Positions 27,935 through 41,325 of a stretch of DNA of 64,000 nucleotides are shown piece by piece. The position numbers and the translations under genes are program-made. The notes under the pieces are model-generated. The model saw only the letters and a list, made by a program, of their open reading frames with translations, made no database searches and was not told the DNA's origin. The DNA is from Octopus sinensis (Eukaryota): NCBI RefSeq assembly GCF_006345805.1, contig NC_043005.1:42842001-42906000 (forward strand), read 5' to 3'. Positions within the stretch are counted from its first letter, which is position 1. Each line of letters starts with the position of its first letter.

Positions 27935-28055
27935 CTTCTCCTCCTCCTCCTTTTCTTCTTCTTCTTCTTCTTTTTCTTCTTCTCCTTCTTCTTCTTCTTC
28001 TTCTTCTTCTTCTTTTTCTTCTTCTTCTTCTTCTTCTTCTTTTTCTTCTTCTTCA
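27935..28055. repeat. (CTT)n pyrimidine microsatellite
   Basis: Directly visible. Confidence 0.95.
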
Positions 28056-28070
28056 ATCCGTTTCCAAACT

Positions 28071-28112
<42 letters not shown>

Positions 28113-28574
28113 CATAAATATTTGCATGTGTATGTATATGCATACACGTATGTATATATATATATATATATATATGTGCATTATAAATATATATATGTGT
28201 GCGTGTGTATGTGTGTATTTGTATTTATAGGCATACATTTATACATAAAAACATATATTTATATACGCATACATACACACACTCACGTATGTACGTATGT
28301 ATGTATGTACGTATGTATGTATTATGTATGTATGTATGTATGTATGTATGTATGTATGTACGTATGTATGTATGTATGTATGTATGTATGTATGTATGTA
28401 TGTATGTATACACTAACATGCTCACACACCACGCAATTTAATATAATACAAATGTACAGTAAAAATATAAGGTGGAACAAAATTATTTGTCTTTATTCCA
28501 AACATTTTAATAATATATTCGATCTAAAATCTTCTATTCACAAACTAATTAGTCAACATATATATTTTTTATCA

Positions 28575-29063
28575 CTTACCTGTTTCAGTCATTAGACTGC
28601 GGCCATGCAGGAGCAGCGCCTTGAGTGTTTAGTCGAATGAATCGACCCCAGTACTCTTTTACAGTTTTCCTTGTTTCAGTCATTTGACTGTGGCCATGCT
28701 GGGGCACCGCCTTTTTTAGCCGAGCAAATCGACCCCAAGACTTATTCTTTGTAAGCCTAGTACTTATTCTATCGGTCTCTTTTGCCGAACCGCTAAGTTA
28801 CGGCGACGTAAACACACCAGCATCGATTGTCAAGCGATGTTGGGGGGACAAACACAGACACACAGACATATACACACACATATACACACACATATGTATA
28901 CATATATACGACGGGCTTCTTTCAGTTTCTGTCTACCAAATCCACTCACAAGGCTTTGGTCGGCCCAAGGCTATAGTAGAAGACACTTGCCCAAGGTAAC
29001 ACGCAGTGGGACTGAATCCGGAACCATGTGGTTCGTAAGCAAGCTACTTAGCACACAGCCACA
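28575..29063 (-). mobile_element. SINE family A with a duplicated 3' end
   Basis: Two successive ttgtttcagtcatt.gactg.ggccatgc tails followed by a full body. Confidence 0.85.
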
Positions 29064-29230
29064 CCAACAAGATTTCAAAAAATTACTAATGTAATCTTTT
29101 GAAATCCTGTTATTTATTTATCAGTCTCTTTTGCCGAACTGCTATGTTACGAGGGCGTAACCACACCGGTTACCAATGGGTGGTTGGAGCAAACACAGAC
29201 ACATCTATACACACAAACACACACACACAC

Positions 29231-29304
<74 letters not shown>

Positions 29305-29837
29305 TATATATATGCACGATGAGCTTCTTCCGGTTTCCATCTAGCAAATCCACTTACAATGTCTTGGTCGGCCGGTCGGAGGCTCTAGGAGAAGACATTT
29401 GGCCAAGGTGTCACGGAACCATGTGGTTGAGAAGCAATCTTCTTAGGATGCAGCCATACCTGTGCGTGCATAGACAAGCACAAGTATGAGCAATATGAGT
29501 GAAGGTAACTCAGAAAAGATCTGAGCATCTTAAATACTCCTATGGTAGTTTCTGTGTAATGCAGTGAGTTTTGACGCTATGAGATTTTATCGGAGTGGCC
29601 TTTTGGTAAGAATCTTGCTTTGTATATGCAATATTTAGTGTTAAAACATCTTGCATTAAGTGGGAGTATGGATCATTATGCATTCATGTCTATAACTGGA
29701 TTAACGTGTTGATATTTGGTCTCCACTTATTTCTGAAAGTCAATGGCTCAGCGAGCCTTGCTTTGTAAGTCACTGGTTAACTGCACCAGTTATAGTTACC
29801 TTAGTTTAACTGACGCATTTAAGGACCTTTTACCTGA

Positions 29838-29880
<43 letters not shown>

Positions 29881-30034
29881 CCTATCTCTTTTTCTTATGT
29901 TAGGTTCAACTTGTGAGCTTCGCATTCTCTCCCTTCACTTTCATTATTACTATTTCATTTGCCACAAAAACAGTGTCTTTAGCACAATAGCACGCACTGA
30001 TCGAAATCTATCATACTTTGCTTACCATGCTTAC

Positions 30035-30101
30035 CATGAAGGTGTTGAAAATTTATTAAAAGAATAATTGGTATTTGAACCAAATACTTTAGAGTCACCA
30101 C
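30035..30101 (-). CDS. Weak candidate exon (...VFGSNTNYSFNKFSTPS)
   Basis: Strong donor CATG|gtaagc (present twice in tandem), ending in phase 2 and so compatible with 24114. The acceptor is uncertain. Confidence 0.2.
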
Positions 30102-30130
30102 TCTTGATTTTCAAGATCGTTGCTCAAGCC

Positions 30131-30466
30131 CAATGGTTCTCAACCATTATTTATCTATGGACCCCTTCAGTTACTATTTTATTCTGATGGATCCCTCCAT
30201 AGCCATTCAGTGCTTAAAAACAAGATTTATAGAGACTTCACTCAAAATTCCTATTCCGTTTTTCACACATTAAGTTGTGTAGGTTGAACTATGTAAAATG
30301 TTAGAGAAAGAAACTTAGCCATTTCTTGCAATACATACCAAAGCATACATCTAAAATAAAAATAAAAATTTAGGGGTTCTTCAGATACTATTGTGGATAC
30401 CTAATTACATATTTTGTTGCGTGAAACCTCCAAAAATCTTATATGGTCCCTGGTTGAGAACCACTG
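30131..30466. mobile_element. hAT-type MITE
   Basis: TIRs caatggttctcaacc / ggttgagaaccactg; 8-bp TSD ctcaagcc / ctcaagct. Confidence 0.85.
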
Positions 30467-30884
30467 CTCAAGCTGATTTAATGTTTTCTGGATGTAATTA
30501 TACGGTATTGTAGATTCTATCAAAGAAGGCATGTTGCCGTTATAATACTAGAAGGAATAATCATCCAGTATGCTTATTTATCAACCTGTAATACATATTT
30601 ATGAGGCAGCATGAAATTTGCTTCTTTTTATTACTGAGCTTTTAAAGTAATGTAGAGTTTCACGAGATAAGTCTAAATATAATTCCATATGTGTATCTAA
30701 AAATTGTAGTTCTTTATTATCTCATTGAATGTAACTACATTTATAGACAATGTAATATCGGAACAAATGTCTTAGTTGTTTAACTGTTTCCAAAAAGTCT
30801 GTAAATCAGAATATATCAGTCGTGTATATGACGCTGATGTCTTTGTTTCTTTTGTTGTTGAATGTGCATGTGGCGAATGGTGGT

Positions 30885-30990
30885 GAACAGTGGCGAGTGG
30901 TGACGAATAATAGCGAACGGTGGCGAGTGGTGACGAATAATAGCGAACGGTGGCGAGTGGTGACGAATAATAGCGAACGGTGGCGAATGG
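30885..30990. repeat. Minisatellite, 30-bp unit, 3.5 copies
   Basis: gaacggtggcgagtggtgacgaataatagc repeated without spacers. Confidence 0.95.
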
Positions 30991-31641
30991 ATATGTATTG
31001 GTCACAGAGATCAACTTTTAGATATTGTATGGAAATATTTCCTCTGTCGCTCGCTCTTTCACTTTTATATCTGACTAAAATATAAAATATCTTAATGAAA
31101 TCCTCTCAGCAGGTAAATCAGCCTCAACCAACTTCATAAAAAAAAAATTGTTTGTAAAGTAACTCGATGTATTTTAGTGTATGACTCAGTGGTAAAAAGA
31201 TTACTTTCCAACTACATGGTTCCGGGTTCAGTCCTGTTACGTGGTACCTTGGGCAATTATCTTCTACAATAGCTTTGGGTCGACCAATCCTTCTGAGTGG
31301 ATTTGGTAGTCAGAAACTGAAAGAAGGCCGTCAAATATTTATATATGTGTACTGTGTGCGGGTTTGAATCTGTGTCTCTTTTTCTGTCTGTGTTGACAAG
31401 CGGTGTTTGTGTATTCACGTCTCTTTAACTTTGCCACTCGGTTAAAGAGACCAGTAGAATAAGTTATCAGGCTTAAAAATAACTATTAAGGTCGATTCGT
31501 TCAACTGAAATTCTTCAAAGAGGTGCCCCAGCATGGCCGCAGTCTAACGACTGAAACAAGTAATCGATTAAGAATTAAAAGATAAAAAGTGGGAGATTAA
31601 GAAAATACCTCCATCAGTATTTAAATGTTCCTCTATCTTAC

Positions 31642-31673
31642 CTTTATACATTCATTTCCCACGTTCAACCTGG
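31642..31673 (-). CDS. Candidate 32-nt micro-exon (ARLNVGNECIK)
   Basis: Acceptor tcctcgtttccttttatag and donor AAG|gtaaga; phase 1 to 0. Confidence 0.3.
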
Positions 31674-32756
31674 CTATAAAAGGAAACGAGGATATCGTCT
31701 TATGAACCTGAGCGATACACTAGGTTTCGTAGATCTCCACTGATCAATAAGCAGTTTCTCAATCACTCTCTTACGTATCAATAAAAATGCGCTGCAGAAT
31801 ACAGTAATCTCTGATTTTTCTACGAATGATATAGCGAGATGGTCATGGATGGGATGCCTTCGATCGTAGGTTTGGTGGATCAAACTTGATGTTGGGTTAA
31901 ACGGCAACAACAGCTACATCTTACGAGCTATATATAGGTTTCACTTTTTGGCACAAGGCCAGCAATTTCGGGGTGAGCTAGGTCGATTATATCTACCCGA
32001 GCGCTCAATCAATACTTGTTTTATCGATCACGAAAGGATGAAAGGCAAAAGATGAAAGGATGAAAGGCAAAGTCGCCCAAAGGATGAAAGGCAAACTCGC
32101 CCAAAGAATGAAAGGCAAAGTCGTCCTTGGCGGAATTTGAACTCAAAATATAAAGACAGACGAAATACCACAAAGCATTTTATCCAGCGCCATACGAGTT
32201 ATATATTAGCTTACGAGAATTTAGTTGTCTGCTTATGCTATTGAAAAACATATTCATTTCAAATTTCAAAAATTATTCTCGTAACCTTCATACACATCGA
32301 GATACATTCATTTCGTTTTTCAAGCACATACATGATAACATTAGAATTCGGTTGTTTAAATAATTTTACCAATCAACTTCAACACTTCTAGAGAAATATA
32401 ATACACAGACTTAGAACGTCTGCTTACTATTCTCAAGGTGAACATCACAATTCTGACTTCAGTATCACGGTTGTTAACTTTGAGCCAATTTTTTTTATAT
32501 ATATATTATGTTTTCTTGTTACAGTTCTTAGTTGGCGGTCATGCTGGGGTGCCACCTTGAAGAATCTTTAATCGTATGTAATTTGTTTTAAGTCTGGTAC
32601 TTTTGTGTCGGTCTCTACAGCCGAACCGGTATCTTACGGGAACGTAAACACACCAACACACCGGTTGCCAAGCGCTAGTGGACGACACACAGACACACAC
32701 ACGCAGATATACATACATACACACACCACACACGCATACACACACACACACACACA

Positions 32757-32794
<38 letters not shown>

Positions 32795-32795
<1 letters not shown>

Positions 32796-33129
32796 CTCTT
32801 TTACTCGTTTCAGTCATTTTGACTGCGGCCATGCTGGAGCACCGCCTTTAATCGGGCAACTCGACCCCGGGACTTATTCTTTTGTAAGCCCAGTACTTAT
32901 TCTATCGGTCTATTTTGCTGAACCGCTAAGTAACGGGGACATAAACACACCAGCATCGGTTGTCAAGCAATGCTAGGGGGACAAACACAGACACACAGAC
33001 ACACACACGCATATATATATACATATATACGACGGACTTCTTTCAGTTTCCGTCTACCAAATCCACTCACAAGGCTTTAGTCGGCCCGAGGCTATAGTAG
33101 AAGACACTTGCCCAAGGTGTCACGCAGTG

Positions 33130-33132
<3 letters not shown>
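32795..33132 (-). mobile_element. SINE family A, truncated at a (TA)n tract
   Basis: Matches the consensus. Further partial copies at 32535-32720 and 33170-33312. Confidence 0.85.
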
Positions 33133-33171
<39 letters not shown>

Positions 33172-33810
33172 GACAGGCTTGTTTCAGTTTACCAAATCCA
33201 CTTACAATCGTATCGTTGGCCAGAGGCTACAGCAGAAGGTACGTGCCCAATTCAGGGGGACTGAACCCAGAACTACGTGGTTGGGATGCAAGCTTCTTAC
33301 CACACAGCCACTTCATAAACTTTTTTCTATTTCAGTAAATAATTCTATCTTAACAACTCTGTCATATCGCAATCACTCTAAAATACTTTCAATCTATCTT
33401 TTATTTTTTTTACGCTTCCTCTTTTGATAACTATTTCATGTCTTTTAAACTGTTAACTAGCAAAAACTGATGAGGATGATGGGTAGATATATTAAAAAAA
33501 ACTGAAGTGCTTATCTCAGTAAATACGATGCGTTTGAAGCAGTGCTTTGTCCGAAAATATTTGAAAGCAATTACTTGACCCTACGAGGTAAAGGATGTAA
33601 TACCTAATTAAGTTTCAATTTCACATTGTTTTTAATCTGCAGCTCCAGTGAAAGAGTAAGAAGTGGAACACCATGTAAATAAGAATCAGAAAAACGAGAG
33701 AAGGATTTGATACGCAGAGAAGTGTTTGGTGAGAAGAGAAGGGTTAGATAATAGAGAAAATAAGAAGCAACTAAACTCACTGGTGTTTAATGGTGATATA
33801 AAGTAGGTTA

Positions 33811-33853
<43 letters not shown>

Positions 33854-33881
33854 TACATCTATATATATATATATATATATA

Positions 33882-33960
<79 letters not shown>

Positions 33961-34045
33961 CACACACACACACATATATATATATACATATATATATATA
34001 TACACACACATATATATATATTATATATATACACACACACCACAC

Positions 34046-34077
<32 letters not shown>

Positions 34078-34369
34078 TGTCAATAATAAAAGGGTCAAAT
34101 TAATTAATTATTAATTAATTTTACCAAGTAGTGTTCCGTATGTAAAAGACCATTTACGGTATATTTAGAACAATACGTTATATAATTAGGGTTCAGCAAA
34201 AATCATTTTTGAGTATACATTGTCTGGGAGACTTTTCTTATAGTAGAAGAAATAGCTAAAATTTTTGAGCTGCTATTTCTAAAAGTTCGGTATATGGTAA
34301 AGTAAATTTTTTTTTTACTGAACCCTAATTATATAACGTAATGTTCTATATATATATATATATATATAA

Positions 34370-34665
34370 AGACCCCTCTTTGGTCATGAATGACCATAGA
34401 ATTGCGCCTAAAAACTTACCCTCCAAAGCACAAGTTTGGGCAAGGCTGTTTATGGAAGACCAGCAGTCGCCCAAGCATACCAACCGCCCTTATCTATGCC
34501 ACTGATGTTATCTAAGGGAAAAGCCGACACCAGTGACAACGCAACTCATTTCTACAGCTGAGTGAACTGGAGCAACGTGAAATAAAGTGTCTTGCTCAGT
34601 CCGGATATCGAACTCACTACCTAATGACTATGAACCCGACGCTCTAACCACTGAGCCATGCGCCT
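34370..34665 (-). mobile_element. SINE family D
   Basis: Minus strand reads gcgcatggctcagtggttagagcgtcggg...gagttcgatatcc (A/B boxes) through to gaggggtc. Matches 41000-41325 and 16180-16355. Confidence 0.85.
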
Positions 34666-34990
34666 TTAGGGAAGCAGATTTAGCTCAGTAATATTTGTAT
34701 CCGATTGTGATAATTCTTTTTTTTTTTTTTTTTTAGAATGCAGCACATTTTTGGTGGGTCGTGTAATAGTCGGCAACATCTCATAGCTGAACTAGATTTT
34801 CGTTCTGAAATAAATAAGCGTGATTTCCTGTAGGAACATTAATTTCTTTTGCTAATGAGGTTTTGGTGTGTGGTTGACGTTCGTTGAAATTTAAAACGTT
34901 CAGATTCTTGTAACCTAGCTCTTTCCCTTTCTTACTTTTCTTCTGTAATATGAAGAATGTAAATACAAATGATTAACAAAAACTGTTAGT

Positions 34991-35069
<79 letters not shown>

Positions 35070-35589
35070 CAAAGAAATTCCAACTCTGTTTTTTATGTTT
35101 TATTTATGTTCTTTATAATATTAATGTCGAATATAGAATATATAGTATAAATAATATATATACAGTAAAATGAAATGAATTATTGATTGTCTTATTGAAT
35201 AGATGAAATATTCAATATAAAGTATTAAGGAACTAGTATACTTTCTTGCCTTATAGCTCTACCTGCGACGATTTCATCTCAATCGAAGGAGAGGAGCTTT
35301 CTCCGTCCGGGTTGCGGATCCGTGAAACAAGCTGCCAGACGAGATGGTGAAGATGCCGACGACCGCTTTGTTCAAAGTCTCCCTTGACCTCAAGTGGTCT
35401 GAACTCTTTACATGAACACCACCCTGTACTTAACTCCATGTCCCCCTCCATGGCCTTGCTATTTACTTTTGAGCCAAAATTAACTAACTAACTAAGTAAC
35501 TAACAGTCTTCAAGGTCCCAGGTTGTGACAGGAATGTTTCAACTGTGGTTGACTGGCTGTCTTTTGTCCTTTATATATATATATATATA

Positions 35590-35760
35590 TAGTTGAAATT
35601 TATAGAAAAACAAACCCGAAGATAGGTATATGAACAACAAGCAAGTGCATTAGTTTGACGCTCAGGAAAAATGAAAAAGTCTTTTACGTTTCGAGCTTAT
35701 ACTCTTCAACAGAAAGGAATAGAGAAAATAAGTAGAGAGAGAAAAAAAGACTTGTATATT
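35590..35760 (-). mobile_element. PLE-type pseudo-LTR fragment
   Basis: Carries a hammerhead-like motif followed by tttttcctgagcg, as at 11.85 kb. Confidence 0.6.
35681..35716 (-). ncRNA. Minimal hammerhead variant with a CUGUUGA core
   Basis: CTTT-CTGTTGA-A-GAG-TATAAG-CTC-GAAACGTA-AAAG. Helix I is a perfect 4 bp, helix III is the palindrome ACGT, the triplet is GUA. Confidence 0.6.
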
Positions 35761-36374
35761 TCAGAGGTCCAAACAAAATTAATAATAAGGATTACCACGA
35801 AGTTGCATAGCATCACCTTTAATTCTTTAATTTATATACCGCCTTACAAAGACCAACAGATGTTTCAATTGCAACCTTACAATAAAACCGGTGCAGTTTC
35901 TTCAGGGTCTTTATTTGATATCCTTCGATACGGCCATTAAAGATTTTCGTTTTATCTACACTGTGTTGTATAATATAGGCTGGTCCGTTAAGTTAGACGC
36001 AAACAATCTACATTTCAAATTCTTTTTGGAATGTTACGAAGTCAGTTACGAAGACGAGGGTTCCAGTTGATCCGATCGGATCAACTGGAAGAGTTTGCTC
36101 GTGAAATTAATGTGCAAGTAGCTGAGTACTCCACAGACACGCGTACCCTTAAACTAGTTCTCAAGGAGATTCAGTCTGACACACAATATGACAAGGCCGT
36201 GCCTTTGAATTACAATTCAATTTTTCAAGCTGAGTGAACTGGAGCAACGTGGAATAAAGTGCATTGTACAAAAACACAACACTCCGCCGGTAATCGAACT
36301 CATGACCTCGCCATCGTGAGCCGATTACCTAACCACTAAGCCACGTTCCTTCATATATATATATAATTTATATG

Positions 36375-36437
<63 letters not shown>

Positions 36438-37079
36438 ATATATATACAAACCAACAGACACACGCACTCGCCCACACAATTGTCTTAGAAATGCGATCAA
36501 GATAAACGTATTGAACATATTAAACAATTATCCTGGAATTTTTACGTTTCAAATACTGGACTGCAGCTATGCTGGGGACACTGCATTGAAATGTTTAGTG
36601 GAACGAATCGATCCCATTACTTATTAAGTTTGCTATTTATTCTGTTGTTTTTATTTTCTTTTCCTGTCGAACCTCTTATTTACAGGGACATAAACAAACT
36701 AACGTCAGTTCTCAAGCTGTGTGAAGACAAACACACACACATACACACACGCGTTATCTCCACCGATAAGTTTGTTATCGTTTGCTCTTCATTTTGCAGC
36801 TTGTTGGGGGTAGTTCACTTCCTGTTTGGATCTGGGACCGATGTTGTTTTGTCTTCTGACCGGCCGGCCGTGTCATTTTGTGTACGTCCGTGTCTCGGAG
36901 GACTGTTTGTCACCCCTGAATGTTTCTTGGTTGTTTTGTGTTGCTGTCAGCGTCGCTTTGCATCGGTATGGCCAATTTTGCTGCTTCTGTGGTGGTGAAC
37001 CGACAGAGTTTTTGTAAGCTAATTTAAGTATATTTAGTTGTTTTCTCATGTTAACCTGAGATATATACTTATAATAATG

Positions 37080-37356
37080 GGTACTTGTATCGCAGAGTGG
37101 TCCTGGTATGCGCACACACGCAGACGCGCGTCCACGCTAGCCAGACGTAGTCAGTCGATCCTACGAGCTGACTGGCGCATGCACGATATATACGATACAA
37201 GTATATATCGTATACACGTATATATCGATACAAGTATATATCGTATATATCGTGCATGCGCCAGTCAGATCGTAGGATCGACTGGCTACGTCTGGCTAGC
37301 ACGGACGCGCGTCTGCGCGTCTGCGCAAATCGGGACCACTCTGCGATACAAGTACC
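37080..37356. mobile_element. Mutator-like foldback MITE, 277 bp
   Basis: About 115-bp TIRs starting ggtacttgtatcgcagagtggtcc; perfect 9-bp TSD ATAATAATG (37071-37079 and 37357-37365). Confidence 0.9.
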
Positions 37357-39394
37357 ATAATAATGTATCGGTAATTGTATATCCATGGGTGAAAGTGCTT
37401 CAATGTAATATTTTGTAGTTAATCGCCTATGTGCAATTTATAATGTTCAAGCATTAAATTTCAGTATATTCAACATTTTACCTCATTTAGTACTCACGCC
37501 CAGTCATGATAAACATGTTAAATGTATTTATTTTGTAGTCAAATTTTTGTTACAAGGAAGCTCTATATCAGGAAAAATGCATTAGAATGTTCCATAAAAT
37601 GTCGGTATCAGTAAAATGTATCAGAATACCCCAGAAAAATGGCGGTTAATTTATTTATGAAATATATCAGATTACATTATGTTTCATAATATGTGAATAT
37701 CAAAGGGGGGGGGGTCATATTCATACATGTCAGAATATTCTATTATTATCAGAATATCATCGTATCAGAAAACAAATAACAGAAAACAAATAACAGAAAA
37801 CCCTGTCGAATAATCTTGTATTTAAGTTTATTTTAATTTTGTATTTTTTCTTCTTTTTTTTTTTGTAGTCTACCGAACACTTGCCGTACACTTATATGTA
37901 TGTGGCACACGTAGACATCGTAACGTATGAGTAGAAAATAAATGGCTCCAAAGTTTACACCATTGTTCATCTTTATTGTCACAGTGGTGATTGTGGCCCC
38001 AACTGCCTAGATTTCTACACGAAGCAGCAACAAAATGTGTGTGTGTGTGTGTGTGTGTGTATGTTTATGACAAGATTTGAAAGTTTCTGCCTACCAAATT
38101 CATTTGCAAGGTAGTAATCGGTCTGAGACTCTTGTAGAAGAAATTTGCCGAAGGTACTGTGCAGTGGAACTGAACCCGAAACCACGTAGTTACAAAGCAA
38201 TCTTCTTTTCCATATAGCCATGTTTTTTTTTATGCATTAAGTTAAGAATTGACTTAATGCATGTAAATAAAGATGGCTGTATTACAGGAAGCCATGGATT
38301 TGGTTTGGATGGGAATCATTGTTTTTCAAAAATATGTGTATAAGATCCTGTCTCTGCTTGTGTCAAAAAATACATGATAGATAGATAGATATTACCACTT
38401 CTCTCAAACCCACACACCCAAGGAAGATTTTGACTCAATGGAGACTATATAAAGGCAGGACTAACTTCAGTGCATCGCAGTTCGACGATAGCTTAAATGG
38501 CCGACACTTCGAAGTCACTTTCAATAATATTCTTATTCAAGAATAATACATTTGCACTCTACAAAAGTATAGAGTAACCCATCAGATTAACGTAATTTTT
38601 TTTTTTATCATAACTGAATATAAATAGAAATACACACATATGCATATATGTTTGTGTTCATACATGTATGTATAAGTGTATGCGCGAGGTGTATTTATAT
38701 TCTATCGTTTCAGCTCATTGAAATTATAATATTCTATTTTCAGCAGGAAGAGGAAGGACTTTTTCTGAGACTCAGTGCAGAATAACCAAACAGTATCCCT
38801 CTGCATTGATTTTATTCATCATGAAAGATTCATCAATATACAATAGACTCAGTTTTTTTTTCTTCTTCTTCTTCTTCTCCTTTGTAGTCACATAAAATTA
38901 TTCTCCTTGTGACAATAAGTCAACTGGCTAGAATTATGCTATCGATTTCAGACCACTGTTTAAAAACTTTCAATTTGGAATACTTATTTATATGCACTGA
39001 CGTGGAAGTGAGGGATCGCTTGCAAACTTAATTTGTCATTCCATTCTGAGAAATTTCTAAATTTATAAGAAGCTTGCTAGTTCACCGATTCTTTATGGTT
39101 CACTTATATGCACGTTTTCCCTTCATGTCTTTAATTCCTCGACGGAGAAGAGCCCGATATTTATAATTATATATATAATTCTTTAACAAGAATAGTGTTG
39201 ACAGTGAGTTCGAAGTTTCGGTTTCCTTATCCTTCATCGGATAATCCGTTAAATGCTAAGCAGATCAAAACCATGAAGTTACTGTCAACACTAATTCTTG
39301 TTAAAGGCTAATAAATCTGAACTCTGCAAAAGGTTTTGAGTAATCTTTCAATTTATTGTGAAATTGCCATTCTAATTCGGCATAAATAAATATG

Positions 39395-39438
<44 letters not shown>

Positions 39439-39489
39439 TACGAACTTATGTATGTACGTACTTCTGTATAACTTACATGGCCAACTAAC

Positions 39490-40912
39490 GTTTAGATATA
39501 TTTCTTTATTGCCCACAAGGGTCTAAACATAGAGGGGACAAACAAGGACAGACAAAGAGATTATGTCGATTACATCGACCCCAGTGAGAAACTGGTACTT
39601 TATTTATCGACCTGAAAGGATGAAAGGCAAAGTCGACCTCGGCGGAATTTGAACTCAGAACGTAAAGACTGACGAAATACAGCTAATCATTTCGCCCGGC
39701 GTTCTAACGTTTCTGCCAGCTCACCGTCTTACCTTCGCTAAAATATTAAATTCTCTGTTAAGCAAAATTCTAAGCCGAAGATTGTCAGTGAAACACGATT
39801 GTTCGTATCCCTCTTCCGTAGAACTATCTCTGCCCAGCTAATAAAGCTCGGTGTGTTTCCAGTGGTGGCAGACGTCTCTTGATTCAAAAGGTTATTAATT
39901 ACAGATTTTACTAAAAGTTTTTCTTCCACTCTGATCATGTTTTGAATCAATTCTTAGAATTTCTCTCAGGCCGATCGTCATATTTATCTGATACGTCCTT
40001 GAAGAAATCTAAACAATAAATAACCTTTCTGAAAATACTTCGAAGTTACTTGTCACGGTAAATTATTAGTTTCAAATTTCGGCACAAGATCAGCAAATTC
40101 GAGGATAAGTCAATTACATCAACCCCAGTGTCCAGCTGGTATTTATTTTATTGACTCCAAATGGATGAAAGGCAAAGTCGACTTCGCTGGAATTTGTACT
40201 CAGAACGTAGAGACGAACGAATTGCTGCAAACACGACGTGACTTTGCTGTCATGGGAAATCATTGAACAAACATTCATTTAATGGTGAGCTAACAGAAGA
40301 AAAAAATATGAGAATATAGTTACATGTAAAAGCCGTTGTCACTTATTTTTATGAAATGTTTGTTGGTTTTGTCATGTTAAACAAACGAATGCCTAGCAAT
40401 GAATAACTAGAATGTCTGTTCACTGCAGTTGCTCTTTGCTAAATTTACAAAAGCAAAAAAAAAAGAACAAAAATACGAGTGAAAGACGCTGTTTAAAAAT
40501 TGTTTTCAAAGTAAAAATTGCATGTGATCAAGTGGAAATATAAATAGCGGATATAAATTTTAACACGAGGCCAGGAATTTCGGGGGAGGAGTTAAGTCGA
40601 TTACATCTACTCCAGTGATTAATTGGTATTTACTTTAACGATCTTGGAAGGATGAAAGATAAAAATGACCGTCGTAGAGTTTGAACTCTGAATGCAAAGA
40701 CGGACGAAATGCCATTAAACATTTTGCCCGGTACAGTTACATTTCTGCCAGCTCGTCGTTTTAGTGGAAATATAACGGTTTCAAATTAAAACACAAGACC
40801 GGCAATCGAGGGAGTGGATAAGTCAATTACATCGATCCTAGTGATCAACTGGTGGTACTTATTTTATCAATTCCGAAAGGATGAAAGGTAAAGTCGACCT
40901 CGGCGGAAATTC
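39490..40912 (-). mobile_element. Four SINE family C copies (39490-39730, 40075-40235, 40560-40762, 40790-40912)
   Basis: Each carries gtcgattacatcgaccccagtg...ggatgaaaggcaaagtcgacctcggcggaatttgaactc. On the minus strand the head is ggcggcgagctggcagaa with B box gagttcaaattcc. Confidence 0.85.
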
Positions 40913-40999
40913 AAGTGAAAATATAAATATTATAAATCACCCCCAAAATATGGATAAAATCAAATGTGAAGACGTTACAGAAAATATTATCAAAGGATG

Positions 41000-41325
41000 C
41001 TGAGACCCGCTTCGGTCATGATACTGACCATGGGATTGCACCTAGAAAGTTACCCTCCCAGGCACAAGTCTGGGCAAGGTTGTTTATGGAAGACCAGCAG
41101 TAACCCATGCATACTGGCTTCCAGTGTTATCCAAGGGAAAGGCAAAGGCCGCTACAGCTTGGCACCTGTGACATCGCAACTAATTTCTACAGCTGAGTGA
41201 ACTGCAGCAACGTGAAATAGTGTCTTGCTCAAGAACACAACACGCAGCCCGGTCCGGGATTCGAACTCATAAGCTCACGATCGTAAGCTCGACGCTCTAA
41301 CCACTGAGCCATGCACCTTCACAAA
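41000..41325 (-). mobile_element. SINE family D
   Basis: Matches 34370-34665. Confidence 0.85.

Noticed and set aside
30885-30990. 30-bp repeats as a possible CRISPR array
   Set aside because: Units are directly adjacent with no unique spacers, there are no cas genes, and the context is eukaryotic.
33467-33473. CTGATGAG motif
   Set aside because: No helix II or GAAA follows; a chance match.
38446-38471. TATATAAA followed by TCAGT as a Pol II core promoter
   Set aside because: Spacing is about 23 nt (short), such motifs are common in AT-rich DNA, and no supported downstream gene was found.
39205-39245. Minus-strand CCGATGA-A-GG...CC-GAAAC hammerhead-like string
   Set aside because: U4->C, no NUH site in register and no helix I; at most a decayed remnant.
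39731-39835. Minus-strand exon-like frame LGRDSSTEEGYEQ...NILAK with donor AAG|gtaaga
   Set aside because: The donor coincides with a SINE C boundary, the acceptor is weak, and the phase does not fit the chain.
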